From Candidatus Roizmanbacteria bacterium GW2011_GWC1_37_12 (GTDB taxonomy: Bacteria > Patescibacteriota > Microgenomatia > UBA1406 > GWC2-37-13), in NCBI GenBank assembly GCA_000991135.1, contig LBST01000006.1, forward strand, positions 46,663 to 110,662: DNA of 64,000 nt, read 5' to 3'. The notes under the pieces are model-generated. The model was not told the DNA's origin. It saw only the letters and a program-made list of their open reading frames with translations, and did not search any database. Numbering within the stretch: the stretch's first letter is position 1; each line of letters begins with the position of its first letter. Shown in pieces: positions 1 through 9,309 of this stretch. Position numbers and translations under genes: made by a program.

Positions 1-741
1 CTTCCTTATTTAACGGAAATTTACCAGGAAAAAAAAGTAGAAGAATTTAAAAAAATCATTACCGATTCCATCCTCAATCTTTTTTTTCTGACCATTCCTA
101 TCGCTTTATTTTTTATTTTTGCCAGGACGCCCATCATCAGACTTTTCTTTGGCGGCCCAAAATTTGACTGGGAGGCGACAGTACAAACGGCCGTCACTCT
201 TTCCTATTTCTCAATCGCCCTGCCCTTTCATGCTGTTTATTACCTATTAACTCGCTGCTTTTACGCCATAATGGACAGCAAAACACCCTTCTATATTGGA
301 TTTGTTTCAATCTTGATCAATACTCTTTTGAGTTTACTTTTTGTCTTTTATTTTCATCTGCCTATTTGGGCATTGGCGATTTCTTTTTCTGCTTCAATGA
401 TTTTTAATTCAACATTACTTTTTGCCATTCTCTGGAAAAAAATTTCCGGCTTTAATTTTACTTTTATTGTCAGCGAGCTTCTCAAAATGGCTTTTTCAGG
501 AGTAATCGCCTCAATAATCTCTTATTCATTGATGAAGCTCTTCGACGGATTGATATTTGATACGTCATTTACCATCAACGTTTTCTTGCTTCTTGCCGTC
601 ACTTTTTTTATCTTTATTTTTCTCTATCTTTTTATATCGTGGGTGATCGAAATCAAGGAAATCTATCTGATCAGCCGCCTTATCCTCAAGGCCAAAGAAT
701 ACCAAAAAAGGATCACCGAACTCTATACCAGCTATGAGTAA
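1..741 (+). CDS. murJ: Lipid II flippase MurJ/MviN, C-terminal part (5' end outside window)
   Basis: Frame 1 is open from base 1 (LPYLTEIYQEKK...FFGGPKFDWEATVQTA...YYLLTRCFYAIMDSKTP...). It is multi-TM and hydrophobic, as in MurJ. The listed ORF 271..741 is only the last ATG-initiated part. Confidence 0.8.
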   Translation, partial: LPYLTEIYQEKKVEEFKKIITDSILNLFFLTIPIALFFIFARTPIIRLFFGGPKFDWEATVQTAVTLSYFSIALPFHAVYYLLTRCFYAIMDSKTPFYIGFVSILINTLLSLLFVFYFHLPIWALAISFSASMIFNSTLLFAILWKKISGFNFTFIVSELLKMAFSGVIASIISYSLMKLFDGLIFDTSFTINVFLLLAVTFFIFIFLYLFISWVIEIKEIYLISRLILKAKEYQKRITELYTSYE

Positions 742-2005
742 AAAACAAAAAGAAGACAAACAAAAAATAGTCGCGATCGCTGCCATCCAAAAAAAACTGT
801 TGGGAAAAAGGCTGTCGTACCGGGAAGTCTATGCCATTATGGATGAAATCGCCAAGGAAAAACTGACTGACATTTTGACGACTTATTTTGTCGCTTCATC
901 TTTTAAAGAAGGTTATAAGCCGATTGAACTCTTTCATTTCACCAAAGCAATGGTCGAAACCGGCAATAAACTTTCATTTAAAGGGATTGTCGCTGACAAA
1001 CATTCTGTCGGCGGTATTGCCGGAACCAGGACAACTATGATTATCGTCCCAATAATTGCCGCTGCTGGTTTTAAAATTCCCAAGATTTCCTCGCGTGCGA
1101 TTACGACACCTGCAGGGACCGCTGACGTCATGGAAGCAATTGCTAGTATAGAATTTAGCCCGACGGAAATTGAAAAAATTGTCAATAAGGTTGGAGGCTG
1201 TATTGCCTGGAACGGCCGCCTCGGTATCGCCCCTGCCGACGACGTCATCATCCGCGTCGAGGAACCTCTGTCTTTCGAATCATTTGACAAAATCATCATT
1301 TCGGTGATGGCAAAAAAAGTCGCCGCCGGGACGACTCATTTAGCTTTAGACTTACCCTATGGAAAAACTGCCAAAATTCATCATTTCAGCGATGCAGAAA
1401 AAGTCGCCAAAAAATTTCAAGATCTGGCAAAACATTTTGGGATAAAAACTGTCGTTGATATCAATGAAATGCTCGAGCCAGCGGGCCGAGGAATTGGACC
1501 GATCTTGGAAGCCCGCGATGTTTTATATGTCCTCGAACAAGAAACAGATAGACCGCTTCGTTTGGAAACGAAAGCCCTTAGATTGTCAGGGATGCTCCTT
1601 GACCTTTGTTTTCAAGAAAAAAAGATCAAAAAGAACGGCGATGAGGAAGCGAGAAAAATCCTCGAATCAGGAGCTGCTTTAAAAAAATTTAGGGAAATCG
1701 TTTCCGGCCAAAAAGGCGATGGAAACATTTCTTGCAAAAGCCTCAAGCTTTCTCCTCATAAAAAAGAGATACTTGCGGATGTTTCTGGTAGAATTAAGGG
1801 TATTAATAATTATAATCTAAACACAGTTGCCAAAGTCTTAGGGTCTCCCAAGGACCGCCAGGCCGGCATCTATCTTTTGAAAAAACTGGACCACAATGTT
1901 GATAGGAGGGAACCGATGATGATCCTTTACTCAAGCGATAAATATCGATTAAAAGAAGGCGAAGTGACGATTAAAAATTTGCCGATATTTACAATCGAAC
2001 ATTAG
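734..2005 (+). CDS. AMP phosphorylase-like enzyme (archaeal-type thymidine phosphorylase family)
   Basis: DKHSVGGIAGTRTT...PKISSRAITTPAGTADVMEA matches the glycosyltransferase family 3 / nucleoside phosphorylase core. It resembles the AMP phosphorylase variant (SSRAIT..AGTADV) more than DeoA (SGRGLGHTGGT). Overlaps murJ by 8 nt. Confidence 0.75.
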   Translation: MSKKQKEDKQKIVAIAAIQKKLLGKRLSYREVYAIMDEIAKEKLTDILTTYFVASSFKEGYKPIELFHFTKAMVETGNKLSFKGIVADKHSVGGIAGTRTTMIIVPIIAAAGFKIPKISSRAITTPAGTADVMEAIASIEFSPTEIEKIVNKVGGCIAWNGRLGIAPADDVIIRVEEPLSFESFDKIIISVMAKKVAAGTTHLALDLPYGKTAKIHHFSDAEKVAKKFQDLAKHFGIKTVVDINEMLEPAGRGIGPILEARDVLYVLEQETDRPLRLETKALRLSGMLLDLCFQEKKIKKNGDEEARKILESGAALKKFREIVSGQKGDGNISCKSLKLSPHKKEILADVSGRIKGINNYNLNTVAKVLGSPKDRQAGIYLLKKLDHNVDRREPMMILYSSDKYRLKEGEVTIKNLPIFTIEH

Positions 2006-2006
2006 T

Positions 2007-2969
2007 ATGAAAAAACGTTATATTATATTTTTTCTTCTTTCTATCTTTGTCTTGGGCTTTTATCTTTTTTATCGGGAAGGAACTCTGCCTTTTAACAAAA
2101 ACGACAAGACCTCTAAGATTTTTGTCATCGCTCGTGGGGAAGCACTGGAAAATATTGTCAACAATCTCGCCAAAGAGGATCTGATTCGCAGTAAATTAAT
2201 ATTTTATCTTGTTGTCAAGCAGTTGGGGATCGAAAGAAGTATCCAGGCAGGAGACTTTCGCCTCAATCCTTCGCTCAATGCCTTTGAAATAGCCAAGGCT
2301 CTTACCCACGGCACTCTTGACGTCTGGGTGACCTTGATTGAAGGAACAAGAAAGGAAGAAATGGCTCAAGTTATAGGCCGCGAACTAGACATTCCCGAGG
2401 TAGAATTTATTAAATTAGCGTCAGAGGGCTATCTTTTTCCAGATACTTATTTGGTTCCAAAAGACGCTACGGCCGGTTCTGTAATTTCTATTTTGCAAAA
2501 CAACTACGAACAAAAATTTTCTCCGGAGTTAAAAGCAAAAGCGGAAAAAAATGGTCTTTCCGAAAAAGACGTCATCATTCTGGCTTCAATCGTCGAAAAA
2601 GAAGCGAAACATAAAGAAGATAAAAGCGTTGTGGCCAGCATTTTGCTCAAACGTCTGGAGGCGGGCTGGCCTCTTCAGGTTGATGCTACCATCCAATATG
2701 CTCTAGGCTATCAACCCGAAGAAAAGAGCTGGTGGAAAAAAGTCTTGTCCTTTGACGATCTCAAAATTAATTCGCCCTATAACTCCTATAAGAATGAAGG
2801 CCTGCCGCCGACACCGATTTCTAACCCTGGATTAGTGTCTATTGAAGCTGTTATTGGTGCTGATGCTTCAACACCGTTCTGGTATTATATCTCTGACAAA
2901 CAAGGCAACATGCATTATGCCCGCTCTGACGAAGAACACAGTGCGAATATACAAAAGTACCTTCAATAA
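2007..2969 (+). CDS. mltG: Endolytic murein transglycosylase MltG (YceG family)
   Basis: N-terminal TM helix, then YceG-like motifs (GTRKEEMA, LASIVEKEA, INSPYNSYKNEGLPPTPISNPG). Confidence 0.85.
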   Translation: MKKRYIIFFLLSIFVLGFYLFYREGTLPFNKNDKTSKIFVIARGEALENIVNNLAKEDLIRSKLIFYLVVKQLGIERSIQAGDFRLNPSLNAFEIAKALTHGTLDVWVTLIEGTRKEEMAQVIGRELDIPEVEFIKLASEGYLFPDTYLVPKDATAGSVISILQNNYEQKFSPELKAKAEKNGLSEKDVIILASIVEKEAKHKEDKSVVASILLKRLEAGWPLQVDATIQYALGYQPEEKSWWKKVLSFDDLKINSPYNSYKNEGLPPTPISNPGLVSIEAVIGADASTPFWYYISDKQGNMHYARSDEEHSANIQKYLQ

Positions 2970-2974
2970 ATTTT

Positions 2975-3517
2975 TTATGGCTTTTTCGGGAAAGTCCCCT
3001 CCGGTGCGTACCAATCCCTGACTTCGACCCCCGACGTAGTCTGTCCAGCAGTGACATTAACTGGTATCAATGAATGATCAGTGCATTCGACTGAAAGCCC
3101 GCAGGGAACCATTTTTGAATAACCGCCGGCTAAACTTGAATTTGAACCAACAGGATAAGCAACCACATAATAAGTCCCTGGATCGACATCTTTTATGGTA
3201 AATGTTCCCTGGTTTTGTCCTGTTTTAATCAGAAAATATTTTGATTGATCAATCGAATTAAATGCATAGACTTCAAGCGCTGGAATACCTTCCGAAGGAT
3301 ATCCTAATTCGCCTTCAATTGTTCCTTTGGTTTCTATAGCCTTTGTCGGTGTCACTGTTGCCGTCGGTATCGCTTCTTCATCAGTTGAAGAAGGAATACT
3401 TTTTTCCAATTTTTTTAGTTCCTGATTTTCTTTTAAAACTGTTTGATATTGATTATATCCCCAATAAGCGCCAAACCCTAGCATGAAAGCAATCAAGGCA
3501 ACTATGACAATTTTCAT
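2975..3517 (-). CDS. Hypothetical membrane-anchored exported protein
   Basis: 180-aa ORF with an N-terminal TM helix and a Thr/Pro linker, then a beta-rich domain with 2 Cys. No family recognised. Confidence 0.5.
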   Translation of the reverse strand: MKIVIVALIAFMLGFGAYWGYNQYQTVLKENQELKKLEKSIPSSTDEEAIPTATVTPTKAIETKGTIEGELGYPSEGIPALEVYAFNSIDQSKYFLIKTGQNQGTFTIKDVDPGTYYVVAYPVGSNSSLAGGYSKMVPCGLSVECTDHSLIPVNVTAGQTTSGVEVRDWYAPEGTFPKKP

Positions 3518-3534
3518 TTTGAAATTTGAAATTT

Positions 3535-5721
3535 TTAATGAATATCGCTTGCTTGCATATCAACTGGTTCAGGATTTACCGGTCGTTTGACAACATCTCT
3601 CGGCTTCGAGCCTTCAGCCTGTCCCACGTACCCGGCTGCTTCCATCTGATCAAGAATCCTGGCTGCACGGGCATAACCAATAGATAATCTTCGTTGAAGA
3701 AGTGATGCTGACGCTTTATCTTGTTGCATGATGATTTCCAAAGCCTGATTAAATAGAGGATCGTTTTCTCCGCCGTTGACAACCATAGTTCCACCTGCCC
3801 CCGACCTGATGGTTACGGCCTGCTCTGTCACTTCCTCGGTATAATGGACTTGCGGAGCCTGGGATTTTAAGAATTTAACCAAGTTGACGACTTCTTTTTC
3901 GGTGACATACGGCCCTTGAATACGGACCGGCTTGGCTTTGTCAGGAGGCAGATAGAGCATATCTCCCCGACCCAATAGTTTCTCCGCTCCGGGCATATCG
4001 ATGATCACCCGCGAATCGATCATCGAGGAAACATTGAAAGCAACACGAGTCGGGATATTGGCTTTCATCAAACCAGTAATAACGTCGACAGATGGCCGCT
4101 GGGTCGCTAATATCAAATGAATTCCTGTTGCCCGAGACATCTGGGCGACTCTCGTAATTAATTCTTCAGCCTCGCCTGGAGCAAAAATCATTAGGTCGGC
4201 CAGCTCGTCGATGACAAAAAGGATGTAGGGTCTTTTTTCTATTCCTTCAATTGCATTATAGCTTTCGATATTTCTGGCGCCGGCTTTGGCAAAAATCTTG
4301 TATCTTGTCTCCATCTCGCCGACAGTCCACTTCAAAGCTGAAATAATCTTGTCAGCCTCGACAATCACTTCGGTTAAAAGGTGAGGAATGCCGTTATAGA
4401 TTGAAAGCTCGACTCGTTTCGGGTCGACCAAAATCATCCGCAAATCTTCCGGCCTGGTCCTAAAAAGAAATGAAGAAATCCAGGCGTTGAGAAGGACGGA
4501 TTTTCCGCTGCCTGTGGCTCCGGCAATCAAAACGTGAGGCATCTTAGAAAGGCTGGCCGCGATTGGCTGGCCGGAGACATCAAGCCCCAAAGGAACAAGA
4601 AGTGGATCGTTATTTGTAGTAAAGACAGAAGAGGACAACATGGCTTTTTCTGTAACGATTTCCGGTCTTTTATTGGGAATTTCTATGCCGACCAAGGACC
4701 GGCCAGGAATCGGAGCTTCAATTCTCACTTGTCCGGTCGAAGCCGCCAAAGAAAGGGCTAGATTATTGGATAAAGCTGTAATTCGCGACAGCTTTGTTCC
4801 CATAGCAATGGCAATCGCATACTGGGTAACTGCCGGTCCAAAATTTACCTCTTCTACCTTAGCTCTAATGCCAAAGCTGTCTAGAGTCTGTTCGATTACA
4901 GAAGCGTTGTGTTTGACATCGCCCCGGTCGGCTTCTTTTTGGGTGACGTCTGCCAAAAGCGACAACGGCGGATAGACCCAGGTTGTTTTTGAAAAGGCAG
5001 GTAGAGGTTTTATAGTGATTAAAGAATCTTTCTGTGACTGCGATACCTGCAGAGCGGGGGCCGGAGCCATTCTTGTCTTTTCCTCTAGTTTTTTATCTAG
5101 AATCAATTGTTTTTCTTCTTTTTTTCCAGTTAATAAAGGTTTTTCTGTTAGCCCTCTAAACAGATAATTTTTCAAAAAAAGCAATCCTGATTTCAAAAGA
5201 TTAAAAATAAAGATGAGAAAGACATCTATCGAAGTGTCTAAAAATAAAACCAACCCAATTATAAAAATCACCGCCATGATAATAATCGCGCCGATTAAGG
5301 AAAAATCAAGAGAGAGATTGTCAAATATTATCTTTCCAAAATCACCAGACTGAAAAATCCCCAACAAAGAAATAAAAACCATTATAATTCCGCCCGAAAC
5401 ATTTGGTTTGATAAATTTAAGCTTTTTGGTATTGAAGAAATGGGCCGAGACGAGAATTAAGATAAATGGAAGCATGATCGATAGCCAGCCAAAACTGCTG
5501 GTTAAGAATTTGTTTAGGCTAAAAAGAAGTCTTCCTGAATTCTCGTTCGACAAATTTTTCGCGAATGAGACTAACGAGACTAACGAAACCCCTATCAAAA
5601 TAAAACCCAAGATATTAAAAATTGTCTGTTTATTAATTTTGAACTTCAAAAACGGTAATCTTATTAAAGATCTTCTTCTTGCCATATTAATAATACTACT
5701 TATAGCCTCTTTGAAAATCAA
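3535..5721 (-). CDS. ftsK: DNA translocase FtsK/SpoIIIE
   Basis: N-terminal TM helices, Walker A GATGSGKS, the motor domain (LILATQRPSVDVITG) and a C-terminal gamma winged-helix (LLQRRLSIGYARAARILDQME). Confidence 0.9.
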   Translation of the reverse strand: MIFKEAISSIINMARRRSLIRLPFLKFKINKQTIFNILGFILIGVSLVSLVSFAKNLSNENSGRLLFSLNKFLTSSFGWLSIMLPFILILVSAHFFNTKKLKFIKPNVSGGIIMVFISLLGIFQSGDFGKIIFDNLSLDFSLIGAIIIMAVIFIIGLVLFLDTSIDVFLIFIFNLLKSGLLFLKNYLFRGLTEKPLLTGKKEEKQLILDKKLEEKTRMAPAPALQVSQSQKDSLITIKPLPAFSKTTWVYPPLSLLADVTQKEADRGDVKHNASVIEQTLDSFGIRAKVEEVNFGPAVTQYAIAIAMGTKLSRITALSNNLALSLAASTGQVRIEAPIPGRSLVGIEIPNKRPEIVTEKAMLSSSVFTTNNDPLLVPLGLDVSGQPIAASLSKMPHVLIAGATGSGKSVLLNAWISSFLFRTRPEDLRMILVDPKRVELSIYNGIPHLLTEVIVEADKIISALKWTVGEMETRYKIFAKAGARNIESYNAIEGIEKRPYILFVIDELADLMIFAPGEAEELITRVAQMSRATGIHLILATQRPSVDVITGLMKANIPTRVAFNVSSMIDSRVIIDMPGAEKLLGRGDMLYLPPDKAKPVRIQGPYVTEKEVVNLVKFLKSQAPQVHYTEEVTEQAVTIRSGAGGTMVVNGGENDPLFNQALEIIMQQDKASASLLQRRLSIGYARAARILDQMEAAGYVGQAEGSKPRDVVKRPVNPEPVDMQASDIH

Positions 5722-5743
5722 CCGATACCAACAGCTTTATCAT

Positions 5744-6570
5744 ACCTCGTCACCCGTAGGGTGACGAAAGCTGAAAAAGTGGCATATCAACTTTTTTAGA
5801 TTGTTAAATTAATCCAAAAACATTATTTTGTAGCGTATAGTCCGTTGACAAAATCTCCTGATACCCATAAGGTGAAATTATGACCCTAAAAAGACTACCT
5901 TTAGCAACCGGTGAGTTTTATCACGTCTATAACAGATCCATTGCTGATGAAAATATTTTTAATAACTTGAAATACTTAAGTAAAATTTTAGAAATCGTTG
6001 ATTATTATCGATTTAATCAAAGAATACGCTTATCAAGATTTTATGATTTATCTGACTCGATACAAGAAGTTTACTTGAAAGAAATTAGACAGAAAAACCC
6101 TTTAATAGATATTTACTCCTTTTCGTTTATGCCAAATCATTTACATTTTCTCTTAAAACAACGAGAAAATGATGGTATTAAAAAATTTCTCAGCAATGTT
6201 GAAAATAGTTATGCTAAATATTTCGATTTGAAATATAATAGAAAAGGATCACTTTTTTTAAATAGCTTTAAATATAAAAGAATAACTAACGAAGAACAAT
6301 TTATCCATGTCTGTAGATATATTCATCTTAATCACGTTACTTCGTATCTTATCGAGTTTGAACAATTAAAAATATATCCTTTTAGTTCATATTCATGGTA
6401 TTTGAACGATAATTTAAATAGATTTGTTAACACTGATTTAATAATGAATCACTTCAAAACTAAAGATAATTTTATTAAGTTTCATCAAAATCAAGTCGAA
6501 TATCAAAGAAAGCTAGAAGAGATTAAAGATTTATTACTCGAGTAGCCTTGTCACCCTATGGGTGACGTGC
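5744..6570 (+). mobile_element. IS200/IS605-like or REPtron-like unit: Y1 transposase-like gene bracketed by short GC hairpins
   Basis: Hairpin TCGTCACCC-GTA-GGGTGACGA (5747-5767), conserved motif TTTGTAGCGTATAGTCCGTTGACAAA (5828-5853), the gene itself, then hairpin GTCACCC-TAT-GGGTGAC (6550-6566). Confidence 0.55.
5880..6545 (+). CDS. Y1 (HUH) transposase-like protein, IS200/RayT family
   Basis: HUH motif MPNHLHFLL and a C-terminal Tyr helix (VCRYIHLNHV), about 220 aa, as in REP-associated tyrosine transposases. Confidence 0.75.
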   Translation: MTLKRLPLATGEFYHVYNRSIADENIFNNLKYLSKILEIVDYYRFNQRIRLSRFYDLSDSIQEVYLKEIRQKNPLIDIYSFSFMPNHLHFLLKQRENDGIKKFLSNVENSYAKYFDLKYNRKGSLFLNSFKYKRITNEEQFIHVCRYIHLNHVTSYLIEFEQLKIYPFSSYSWYLNDNLNRFVNTDLIMNHFKTKDNFIKFHQNQVEYQRKLEEIKDLLLE

Positions 6571-6576
6571 CTAATT

Positions 6577-8667
6577 TTATTGTATCATCTGGAGATTAAT
6601 CCTGCCCATGTTGTCGATTTGGTAGACTTTGACGCGGACTTTCTGGCCAATCTTGACGACGTCATACGGGTTTTTGACAAACCCTTTACCCATCTTGGAA
6701 ACGTGAATCATTCCTTCTTTGCCTGGTAATATCTCGACAAAGGCTCCAAACTGCAAGATCCTTTTTACCTCTCCTTCAAATTCCTCGCCAACCTGAATAA
6801 TCCGAGTGATATTATTGATTTGGGCGACTGCCTCGTCTACCTTCGCTCGATCCAAACCGCTAACAGTTACTCTACCATCATCTTCGACATTGATCTCTGT
6901 TTGAGTTCTGGCAATCAAAGCTCGGATGTTTTTTCCACCAGGTCCGATGATCTCGCCAATTTTATCAGGAGGAGGAGTCAAGACGACTACTTTCGGCGCA
7001 TAACGGGAAATTTCTTTGCGCGGCTTGTCAATTATTTTATTCATCGCCGCTAAAATTTCGAGGCGCGCTTTTTTTCCCTGACTAAAAATGTCTTTTATCA
7101 TCTTTGTTGTCAAACCTTTGTTTTTGACGTCAAGCTGAATTGCCGTCACACCGTCAACGGTACCAGCGATCTTGAAATCCATTTCTCCAGAAAAGTCTTC
7201 AAGACCAACAATATCGGTCAAAACTACGTATTCATCGTCAGACTTTGACATCAAACCCATGGCAACTCCGGCAACCGCAGCCTTTAAAGGAACGCCAGCA
7301 TCCATTAAAGACAAAGAAGATCCGGAAACGCTTCCCATCGAAGAAGAGCCGTTTTCCGCCAGGATTTCGGAAACTACCCTGATCGCATAAGGAAATTCAT
7401 CGCTCGATGGCAATACCGGCTCGATTGCTTTTTCAGCCAGGGCTCCGTGCCCGATCGCTCTTCGGGAAGGGCCAAAAAACCGACCGACCTGCCCATAAGA
7501 ATAAGGCCCGTCAGAATAGTGATGTATATATCTTTTTGCTTCTTTGCCTTCGGGGCCTTCAATGAGCTGCTCTAAAGTGGTCGAGCCCAAGGTGGTAATA
7601 GAGAGAACCTGGGTCTGACCTCTTTGAAAAAGGGCGCTTCCATGAGTGCGGGGAAGGACAGAAACTTCAACAAATAGATCTCTTACTTTATCAAATTTCC
7701 TAGCGTCTGGACGAATCTTTTTTTCTAAAATATTTTTTTTGATATTTTCATAATTATATTTTGTGATTGCTGCCAATATTTGTTTGCTGTCAAATTTCTT
7801 TTCCATGTCCTCATATATTGAAGAAACGATTTCTTGAAGCATCTTGTCCTCACTCCCTGCAGTTTCCGCCGCCTGCTTCACCGCTTCTTCGACTGGTTTT
7901 GCGTATTTTTCTTTGACCAATTTAACGATTTCTGAATAGTCGTTTTCTTCTGGAGTTGATTCTTTTTTCTTTCCGACTTTTTGACCGACTTTTTCAATAA
8001 ATTCAATGATTTTTTTGTTTTCTTTTTTGGCCATCTCGATACCTTCTTGAATAATTTCATCTTTGACAATGTTAGCTTTTGTCTCGATCATCAAAACTTT
8101 ATCTTTAGTTGAAGAAACTACTAAATCAAGGCTAGAAAATTCTTCTTCGTTTTCCGTCGGATTTAAAATAAATTCTGTTTCTTTATTTTCCGCCGATGTC
8201 ACATAACCTATCCTTACTGTTGATATCGGACCGGCCCAGGGGACTGAAGAAACAGTGAGGGCGGAGGAGGCTGCAATTGCCGAAAGAACCGCCGGGTCAT
8301 TGACTCCGTCAACTGAAAGTAAAGTAACGACTACTTGAACCTGTTTTTTATAGGTTTTGGGAAACAAAGGCCGGATGGAACGGTCGATCAACCTGCCGGT
8401 CAAAACTGCATAATCAGACGGCCGTCCCTCTCTTTTAATCCAACGCGATCCTTTGATAAGTCCTCCTGCGTAAAGTTTTTCCGCATATTCAACTGACAAA
8501 GGAAAATAATCAATATTGGGGTTTTCCGGACCAACCGCCACGGTCACTAAAACCGCAGTATCGCCGAGCGTTGCATACACTGAAGTGTCAACAGCTTGAG
8601 CCAATTTTCCAAACTGAAGAGTCAATTTTTGTCCGTCTATTTCGAAAGATTCTTCGATAATATTCAT
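6577..8667 (-). CDS. pnp: Polyribonucleotide nucleotidyltransferase (PNPase)
   Basis: Two RNase PH domains plus KH (GEIIGPGGKNIRAL) and S1 (GEVKRILQFGAFVEILPGKEGMIHVS) domains; 696 aa. Confidence 0.95.
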   Translation of the reverse strand: MNIIEESFEIDGQKLTLQFGKLAQAVDTSVYATLGDTAVLVTVAVGPENPNIDYFPLSVEYAEKLYAGGLIKGSRWIKREGRPSDYAVLTGRLIDRSIRPLFPKTYKKQVQVVVTLLSVDGVNDPAVLSAIAASSALTVSSVPWAGPISTVRIGYVTSAENKETEFILNPTENEEEFSSLDLVVSSTKDKVLMIETKANIVKDEIIQEGIEMAKKENKKIIEFIEKVGQKVGKKKESTPEENDYSEIVKLVKEKYAKPVEEAVKQAAETAGSEDKMLQEIVSSIYEDMEKKFDSKQILAAITKYNYENIKKNILEKKIRPDARKFDKVRDLFVEVSVLPRTHGSALFQRGQTQVLSITTLGSTTLEQLIEGPEGKEAKRYIHHYSDGPYSYGQVGRFFGPSRRAIGHGALAEKAIEPVLPSSDEFPYAIRVVSEILAENGSSSMGSVSGSSLSLMDAGVPLKAAVAGVAMGLMSKSDDEYVVLTDIVGLEDFSGEMDFKIAGTVDGVTAIQLDVKNKGLTTKMIKDIFSQGKKARLEILAAMNKIIDKPRKEISRYAPKVVVLTPPPDKIGEIIGPGGKNIRALIARTQTEINVEDDGRVTVSGLDRAKVDEAVAQINNITRIIQVGEEFEGEVKRILQFGAFVEILPGKEGMIHVSKMGKGFVKNPYDVVKIGQKVRVKVYQIDNMGRINLQMIQ

Positions 8668-8945
8668 TATTTTTTGAGGCCGAGGTCTTTGATTAATTTT
8701 TTATACCTTTTCTCGTCTAATTTCTGCAAATAATTAAGGATTCTTCTTCTTTTGGCAATTACTTTAAGTAAACCTCGGCGGGAATGATTGTCTTTTTTGT
8801 TAATGTCTAGATGTTCTGTTAATTTGTCAATTTTATGGCTAAGTAAGGCAGCTTGGACTTCTGGAGAACCGGTGTCGCCTTTGCCTTGAGCAAACTTTTC
8901 AATGATCTTTTGCTTATCATCTGGTAATTTTGCTAATTTTGTCAT
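8667..8945 (-). CDS. rpsO: 30S ribosomal protein S15
   Basis: 92 aa, GDTGSPEVQAALLSHKI..LTEHL...KDNHSRRGLL. The conserved rpsO-pnp order is present. Confidence 0.95.
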   Translation of the reverse strand: MTKLAKLPDDKQKIIEKFAQGKGDTGSPEVQAALLSHKIDKLTEHLDINKKDNHSRRGLLKVIAKRRRILNYLQKLDEKRYKKLIKDLGLKK

Positions 8946-8960
8946 AGTTTATCATTATAA

Positions 8961-9245
8961 TTGATACTAATGTTACTTGCAATACTTTTTTTTCTTTTAA
9001 TTATCGTCGCCATTATCCTTTTTGTCCCGCCTCTTCATTGGCTCATTGTCTTAGCCCTAATCGCCCTAATCTCCCTAACAGCTTTTTTTGGGCTAAGATT
9101 CTCCACTCACTCTAAAAAATATTCTTTCCTCGGTTCTACTTTGCTTTTTGTCATTCTTTCTCTTCTCGCCTTAGATCTTTTCGACCCAGTCAACGTCGTC
9201 TTAACCACCAGCTTGTTCGTCGGAATTCTCATTCTATTAAAATAA
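8961..9245 (+). CDS. Hypothetical small membrane protein
   Basis: 94-aa ORF with 3 predicted TM helices. The TTG start is uncertain (ATG at 8970). Confidence 0.4.
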   Translation: MILMLLAILFFLLIIVAIILFVPPLHWLIVLALIALISLTAFFGLRFSTHSKKYSFLGSTLLFVILSLLALDLFDPVNVVLTTSLFVGILILLK

Positions 9246-9293
9246 AAAGGTTCTGTCCTTTCACTTCGTTCGCTCGGAATGACAAAGATAAGA

Positions 9294-9302
9294 TGTTATA
9301 AT
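9294..9302 (+). promoter_or_regulatory. Extended -10 box TGTTATAAT, 7 nt upstream of the metG ATG (leaderless-type start)
   Basis: TG-T-TATAAT at 9294-9302; ATG at 9310; no Shine-Dalgarno. Confidence 0.5.
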
Positions 9303-9309
9303 TTAATCT

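Noticed and set aside
934-1299. Antisense and overlapping ORFs from the six-frame track, for example 934-1299(-), 4640-4975(+), 11694-11966(-), 14535-14822(-), 38832-39161(-), 57372-57785(-), 60738-60959(-) and 61215-61457(-)
   Set aside because: All lie inside longer ORFs with clear family motifs on the other strand or frame. They have odd composition (Ser/Arg/Pro-rich or low complexity) and no start signals, so they are treated as shadow ORFs.
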